Of a stretch of 21,894 nucleotides of DNA, positions 16,954-21,894 are shown piece by piece. The stretch is from an uncultured bacterium (GTDB lineage: Bacteria > Zixibacteria > MSB-5A5 > JAABVY01 > JAHJOQ01): NCBI GenBank assembly GCA_965369655.1, contig CBDUQR010000045.1, forward strand, positions 1 to 21,894, given 5' to 3'. How positions within the stretch are numbered: the stretch's first letter is position 1; every line of letters starts with the position of its first letter. The translations under genes were made by a program, and so were the position numbers. Below the pieces are notes generated by a model. That model searched no databases and had not been told where the DNA came from. It saw only the letters and a list, made by a program, of their open reading frames with translations.

Positions 16954-18153
16954 TCATCGAACTAACAGCGTCGCACACTTGAGGTATCTGCTTTCGGGAA
17001 ATGTAAGCAGCACAGGATGATCCGGCGACTGGCCGGAGAACTCGACAAGTTGCACATCTCGATCCGCTTCGACCGAAGCCTGCCAGAGTACCTGCCGAAA
17101 CAGATCGTCGGTGATCGGTCTCGAACAGGAGCAGGATATGAGCACTCCGTCAGGTGACAAAAGTTGCATCGCCAGTCGGTTAATGTCTTTGTAGCCTCTG
17201 CAGGCCTTGACAATCATGCCTTTGCTCTTGCAGAATGCAGGAGGGTCAAGGATGATCGTATCATATCGCTCACCATCAGCAAGCAGCCCCCGCAGTATCT
17301 CGAAAACATCGCCCGTGAGCAATGTTATGTCGCGGTCATCGAAACCGTTGAGGATGGCGTTCGATTCCAGTCCCTGAATCGCTGTCTCCGATATTTCGAT
17401 AGCAGTCAGCGAACTGCATCCGGCCGCGAGCGCAGCAAGCGAGAAGCCGCCAGTGTACGAGAAGCAATCGAGCACTCGCCTGCCTGAGGAATAATTAGTG
17501 ATGCGCTGGTGATTGAACTTCTGATCGAGATACAAGCCGGATTTCTGAGAATGCGCCAGATTGACAGACTGCTTTCTTCCGAATTCGGTGGCAATGATTT
17601 TGTCCGGCAACTCTCCGAGCAACGCCCGATTTTCGGTTGCCAGTCCTTCCTTTTCCCGCATTGACTTGTCCGAGCCGTCATAGATAGACACGCATTCGGT
17701 TAGTTCTGAGAATATATCGACGATTTCCTGCTTGATCGATTCCCAGCCTGCCGAATGAAACTGCACGTAGAGATGGCCTGCGTAGTAATCGACGACCAAG
17801 CCGGGCAGAAAGTCCGACTCGGCGTATACCAGCCGCCAGGCATCGCACTCGTCGTATTCACGAAATATCTTTCTCAGTGCGATTGCTCGAGCGAGGCGGT
17901 CCCGGAATGTCTTGATGCTGATATCCTGATCGTCGAATGTCAGCATGCGGACTGCGATTTTGGACTTCGGGTTGTAGAACCCTCGTCCCAGAAATTTCCC
18001 TGCACGGTCGACAACGCTGACGATATCGCCCTTGCCTGTGCCATTGCTGACTGAACTGACAGCGCCGGAGAAAATCCACGGGTGCTTCCCCTCGATAGAT
18101 TTCAGCGCCTTATTTGTGACAACAACCTCACCCGCAAGCTTCAAAGGCGACAC
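16954..18153 (-). CDS. RlmI-like PUA-domain SAM-dependent rRNA methyltransferase
   Basis: HPWIFSG, ESDFLPGLVVD, QKSGLYLDQ, VLDCFSYTGGF, ILDPPAF, SCS, PESRYLK. Confidence 0.88.
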   Translation of the reverse strand: MSPLKLAGEVVVTNKALKSIEGKHPWIFSGAVSSVSNGTGKGDIVSVVDRAGKFLGRGFYNPKSKIAVRMLTFDDQDISIKTFRDRLARAIALRKIFREYDECDAWRLVYAESDFLPGLVVDYYAGHLYVQFHSAGWESIKQEIVDIFSELTECVSIYDGSDKSMREKEGLATENRALLGELPDKIIATEFGRKQSVNLAHSQKSGLYLDQKFNHQRITNYSSGRRVLDCFSYTGGFSLAALAAGCSSLTAIEISETAIQGLESNAILNGFDDRDITLLTGDVFEILRGLLADGERYDTIILDPPAFCKSKGMIVKACRGYKDINRLAMQLLSPDGVLISCSCSRPITDDLFRQVLWQASVEADRDVQLVEFSGQSPDHPVLLTFPESRYLKCATLLVR

Positions 18154-18268
18154 TTAACGCTCCAATCATGAACATTACCATACATGCTATCTCGCTGCCA
18201 ATCTACTCGCACAGAATCAATCGGCAAGCAGAATCGAGACGAGCGCGTGAATTCGTTGTCCGCAACCC

Positions 18269-18297
18269 TTGACAAAACCCGATTCTCCAGCTATCCT
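18269..18297 (+). promoter_or_regulatory. Sigma70-type promoter for pyrE
   Basis: TTGACA (18269-18274), 17 bp, TATCCT (18292-18297). Confidence 0.7.
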
Positions 18298-18321
18298 CAC
18301 GCGAAATGGAAAGGACGACAC

Positions 18322-18897
18322 ATGGATACTCTACTTGACGTCAGCCCGTCTGACGCACACGACAGGCTGAGACAATTAGTCAACGATAAAGCTGTGATCC
18401 GCGGCGATTTCGTGTTGACATCGGGCGCAAGATCGAACTACTACATCGACGGCAAGTTCATATCATTGACCTCTGAAGGACTCGCCTATTTTTCCCGTGT
18501 GGTGCTCGACATGATCGAGAATACAGAAGTCGATTTGATCGGCGGGATGACGCTCGGCGCCGACCCGATCATCGGAGCGGTTGTCGCGATGTCTCACCTG
18601 ATCGGCAGACCGCTCGACGGCATCATCATTCGCAAAGAAGCCAAGGAGCATGGCCGCACAAAACAGATCGAGGGTCCGATGAAAGATGGCGCAAGAGTCG
18701 TCATCATCGAGGATGTCGTCACGACAGGCGGGTCATCGATTCGGGCAATCGAAGCTGTCGAGAAGGCGGGCGGCAAGGTCGTGAAGGTGATTACGCTCGT
18801 TGACAGACTTGCAGGCGGACGGGAATCGTTCGAGTCGAAGGGATACGACTTCGAGCCAATATTCACTATCAAGGACCTCGACATCCCGAAGCAGTAA
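18322..18897 (+). CDS. pyrE: Orotate phosphoribosyltransferase (start ATG 18322)
   Basis: GDFVLTSG.RSNYYID, IRKEAKEHG, IIEDVVTTGGS; AAAGGA precedes the ATG. Confidence 0.94.
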   Translation: MDTLLDVSPSDAHDRLRQLVNDKAVIRGDFVLTSGARSNYYIDGKFISLTSEGLAYFSRVVLDMIENTEVDLIGGMTLGADPIIGAVVAMSHLIGRPLDGIIIRKEAKEHGRTKQIEGPMKDGARVVIIEDVVTTGGSSIRAIEAVEKAGGKVVKVITLVDRLAGGRESFESKGYDFEPIFTIKDLDIPKQ

Positions 18898-18916
18898 GCC
18901 TATGGAACCTGAGTTA

Positions 18917-19313
18917 CAACCGGCGTCATCACGAGGAGCGACAGCGACGTGGTGATCTCAGTTTTTGTTCCCGTGGGCGGCAGACGTCCTGAGGTTGTCT
19001 AAAAGAAGTGAAATGCAGATAATAATGTTTGCGGAAGAAATAGTGTCATTCCCGCGAAGGCGGGAATCCATTGAATGCGTTATGGTTAGAATAGACTCCC
19101 GCCTGCGCGGGAGTGACAAAGTCGGTTTCCCGCTTGAGTTGAGTAGCACTTATGGGACAGTTTCCCGTAGGTCAGTGTTCCGCAGCAGGCGAAGCCTGCA
19201 AGAAACCCGACAACTGGTCAACAAGATAGAAGTGTCGCGTTTCTCACCCCGCTCTGCGGGTCTCGGAATACGACCTACTTTTGAGATAACCTCAGAAGAT
19301 CTGCTGGCCACAA
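18917..19313. repeat. Nested composite of REP-like units
   Basis: 18917-18963 matches 21708-21754 at 45/47; 18972-18990 is identical to 21757-21775; AGATCTGCTGGCCACAA (19297-19313) matches 21822-21838 at 16/17. Confidence 0.9.
18989..19295. mobile_element. Candidate MITE with ~18 bp terminal inverted repeats carrying two REP doublets (19044-19118, 19167-19278)
   Basis: CTGAGGTTGTCT-AAAAG versus reverse complement of the right end CTGAGGTTATCTCAAAAG (16/18). No credible ORF inside and no clear target duplication. Confidence 0.6.
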
Positions 19314-19326
19314 AAAGTAGGCAAAA

Positions 19327-20310
19327 TTGAAAGTATACCGCGACAAGGACGCTGATCTTAGTCTTATTCGTGACAAATCCATTGTTGTCGTCGGTTACGG
19401 CAATCAGGGGAAAGCATTCGCCTGTAACATGCGCGATTCCGGGCTGAATATCGCGGTTGCCCTCGACGACAGAAGTCAGTCCATCAGGCGAACCGCAGAC
19501 GATGGCTTCCCGATTATATCCAATTTCGACGTGCATCTTGCGGACGTTATCCTGATGCTGCTCCCGGATCATCTCCACGGCGATTACTACTCGCGATTCC
19601 TTAATGGTAGATTGAGAAAAGGTCAGTCTCTCGTCTTTGCGCATGGTTATTCAGTCCATTTCGGATTCGTGAAACCTCCTGACGGTATCAATTGCCTTCT
19701 TGTCGCGCCGCATGGTCCCGGAAAAGACCTCCGCGAGAGCTTCGTCAATGGATCGGGCATATCATGTTTTGTGGCAACCCGTCCGGATCGAGCGAGAAAA
19801 CCATTAGGAATTGCGCTCGCCATTGCAGGAGCTATCGGCTGCACCAGAGTCGGCGCATTCAGGACGACATTCGAACATGAAACTATCGGCGATCTTTTCG
19901 GCGAACAGGCTCTGCTCTGCGGTGGCCTGTCCGCTCTGACCATCGCTGCATTCGACACTCTCGTCAGACACGGCATCCCACCTGAGAATGCCTACCTCGA
20001 GACTGCGCACCAGTTGCGGCTCCTTGCGAATCTGATCGAAAAGGGCGGCGTAACTGGCATGATGGAAAAAGTATCGAAGACCGCACAGTTCGGGACCATG
20101 ACCGCGAGCAAATCGATCTCCGACTCGCATCTGAAACGCAAACTCGACAGAATCATGAAAGATGTCGTGACCGGCAAGTTCGCGCGGGAATGGGACAAAG
20201 AGTATCGAGAAGGCGGTGGAAGACTCGTTGACTTCGTGAAGAACCTCAAATCGTCCGACTTTGAGAAGACAGCGAAAAGAATCAAGAAGCTGCTCTCAGA
20301 GGACAAGTAA
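19327..20310 (+). CDS. ilvC: Ketol-acid reductoisomerase family protein (class I, divergent active site)
   Basis: GYGNQG, LLPD, FAHG, DLFGEQALLCGG, GKFAREW; 327 aa; TTG start. Confidence 0.85.
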   Translation: MKVYRDKDADLSLIRDKSIVVVGYGNQGKAFACNMRDSGLNIAVALDDRSQSIRRTADDGFPIISNFDVHLADVILMLLPDHLHGDYYSRFLNGRLRKGQSLVFAHGYSVHFGFVKPPDGINCLLVAPHGPGKDLRESFVNGSGISCFVATRPDRARKPLGIALAIAGAIGCTRVGAFRTTFEHETIGDLFGEQALLCGGLSALTIAAFDTLVRHGIPPENAYLETAHQLRLLANLIEKGGVTGMMEKVSKTAQFGTMTASKSISDSHLKRKLDRIMKDVVTGKFAREWDKEYREGGGRLVDFVKNLKSSDFEKTAKRIKKLLSEDK

Positions 20311-20325
20311 CGGACTTGATGCCAT

Positions 20326-21018
20326 ATGAGCCAGAAGAAGAAAGAGTATCCGACATATTTTCTCCAGCCTGATTTCAGTGAAAGGCTCGATTCATTTCAC
20401 GAGGAATTCATCGAGTTGGCTCGGCGCTACTTCGGGTCTGAGACATCCCGTATCGAATCGTATGTCGAGAGATGCAAGAATGACCGTGAGCGCGATGGAT
20501 TTACATGGGCGACATTCTCACCTGAGTTCTATTTCGCCGAACTGGCAGCCATTGCTGTCATGAACCAATCTATGTGGGATGATTTTTGCAGGGCGAAACA
20601 AACAATCATATTCATCCCGGACTGTCTCTCCCTTATGGGTGATCGCTGCAAGAGAAAAGGAGAGAAATTCCTTGAAGAGTGCGATCAGTGCGTCCCGAAC
20701 TGTGTGGTGAACAAGATCGTCGCGCTCAGGGAGAAGTATAACTTCAGGGAGGTCTTCGCCTACAGGGATCAGACCGAGCAGTTCAAGATCGTGAAGGAGA
20801 AATACAAGTCGGTCGGCTTTCTCGGCATCGCCTGCATATTGATGCTGGCGGAAGGCATGCGTTCGAGCATGCAATCCGGGATTCCGGCGCATGGCGTACC
20901 CTTGCAATACTGCGGATGCGAGCACTGGGTCGATAAGCCTTTTTCGACCGATACCGATCTGGCGAAAATCGAACGCGTGCTCAAAGCAAAGGCGGAATGT
21001 CGAAGTGCCCAAGAATAG
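20326..21018 (+). CDS. DUF116-like Cys-rich protein
   Basis: FIPDCL...C...CDQC...C, GIAC..ML and GVPL...GC pattern. Confidence 0.75.
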   Translation: MSQKKKEYPTYFLQPDFSERLDSFHEEFIELARRYFGSETSRIESYVERCKNDRERDGFTWATFSPEFYFAELAAIAVMNQSMWDDFCRAKQTIIFIPDCLSLMGDRCKRKGEKFLEECDQCVPNCVVNKIVALREKYNFREVFAYRDQTEQFKIVKEKYKSVGFLGIACILMLAEGMRSSMQSGIPAHGVPLQYCGCEHWVDKPFSTDTDLAKIERVLKAKAECRSAQE

Positions 21019-21694
21019 TCTCCCTCAGAAAGAGCGCTACTTCGAGCAAACCAGCATCGATACTGTTTCACAGACTATACTGAGCGAGCTTAGGAGCAAA
21101 GTGAATATTCATGAACTCGAATTCATACCGGATCGATCAGCGCTGATTGTGCTCGACATGCAGAAGTATTTCCTCGATGATGACTCGCACGCATTCATTC
21201 CGAGCGCGGAAGCAATAGTACCTCGCATTGTCGGTCTGATAGAAATGTTTAAGAAAATCGGCCAACCTGTAATCACAACTCGACACCTGAATTCGATCGA
21301 TGACTCGGGAATGATGTCGGTCTGGTGGCGAGATCTGATTCAGAAAGATGATCCATTGTCGGAACTGATAACGGAAATCGACGAACTGAGCGCGACTACA
21401 ATCATCAAAGCGCAGTATGATGCGTTCCTCGGCACTGATCTGGAAAAGACACTCCGAGATTCCGGGACCGATCAGGTTGTGGTAACGGGCGTGATGACTC
21501 ATCTCTGTTGCGAGACAACAGCCCGATCCGCATTCATGAGAGGCTTCGCTGTATTCATCCCGATTGATGGCACTGCCACATACAATATCGACTTCCATCG
21601 CGCGACAATGCTGAATCTTTCGCATGGCTTCGCAGTCCCGACACTTGTCAATGAAATAGAATCTCGTTTCACGGGAGTTATGAAAAACCCATGA
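21005..21694 (+). CDS. Isochorismatase-family cysteine hydrolase (start GTG 21005; GTG 21101 is an alternative)
   Basis: ALIVLDMQ (Asp), IIKAQYDAF (Lys), GVMTHLCCETTAR (Cys) triad. Confidence 0.88.
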   Translation: MPKNSLPQKERYFEQTSIDTVSQTILSELRSKVNIHELEFIPDRSALIVLDMQKYFLDDDSHAFIPSAEAIVPRIVGLIEMFKKIGQPVITTRHLNSIDDSGMMSVWWRDLIQKDDPLSELITEIDELSATTIIKAQYDAFLGTDLEKTLRDSGTDQVVVTGVMTHLCCETTARSAFMRGFAVFIPIDGTATYNIDFHRATMLNLSHGFAVPTLVNEIESRFTGVMKNP

Positions 21695-21707
21695 AGCTCA
21701 GAAACTG

Positions 21708-21894
21708 CAACCGTCGTCATCACGAGGAGCGTCAGCGACGTGGTGATCTCAGTTCTCGTGGGCGGCAGACGTCCTCGTCTGCCCCGTTGGATCGACAACC
21801 GCTGGAATGCGGCAGACCGGGAGATCTGCCGGCCACAACATGAGATTGCCACGCTCCCTGTCCCTCGGGGATCGGGATCGGCGACCGACGGTCG
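21708..21894. repeat. Nested REP-like doublets running off the window end
   Basis: Outer CGTCATCACGAGGAGCG..CGTGGTGATCTC with inverted partner GAGATTGCCACG at 21842. Inner GTGGGCGGCAGAC..GTCTGCC and GGCAGAC..ATCTGCCGGCCAC pair. Confidence 0.85.

Noticed and set aside
18184-18321. N-terminal extension of PyrE
   Set aside because: The promoter at 18269-18297 and the Shine-Dalgarno before 18322 support the later start.
18298-18321. PyrR site upstream of pyrE
   Set aside because: The leader is very short and has no GUCCnGnGAGG loop or terminator.
18958-19330. ORFs containing MDSRLRGND / SFPRRRES
   Set aside because: These are the translations of the dRS3-like palindromes and have no coding support.
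18893-19332. Direct repeat AGTAAGCCTATGGAA versus AGTAGGCAAAATTGAAA around the pyrE-ilvC cassette
   Set aside because: It would fit the duplication model, but it is too short and divergent to distinguish from chance.
1-21894. tRNA, rRNA, retron or reverse transcriptase, toxin-antitoxin genes
   Set aside because: None recognisable by eye; an Rfam/tRNAscan run would be needed to exclude small RNAs.

Overview
Bacterial chromosomal housekeeping region, bordered on the left by a visibly more AT-rich 1.2 kb holding the 3' part of an rve/DDE transposase and a probably IS-truncated PD-(D/E)XK nuclease-like ORF. Minus strand: a pyrR-pyrB-pyrC-methyltransferase operon with a sigma70 promoter and PyrR attenuator; ABC-F plus a flavodoxin/Isf-like gene; an aconitase-gcvT-comB-TPR protein-BatA/vWA run; and an RlmI-like methyltransferase. 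Plus strand: an EamA transporter, pyrE, a divergent ilvC, DUF116 and an isochorismatase-family hydrolase. The most unusual signal is non-coding. Several intergenic spacers hold inverted pairs of REP-like hairpins from different families, nested inside each other and with short modules inserted in hairpin loops. At two loci (1859-2103 and 7747-7947) the cassette is flanked by a roughly 40-45 bp imperfect direct duplication of host sequence that includes the upstream stop codon. No enzyme that would mobilise them is recognisable in the window. All calls come from reading the sequence by eye; no searches were run.
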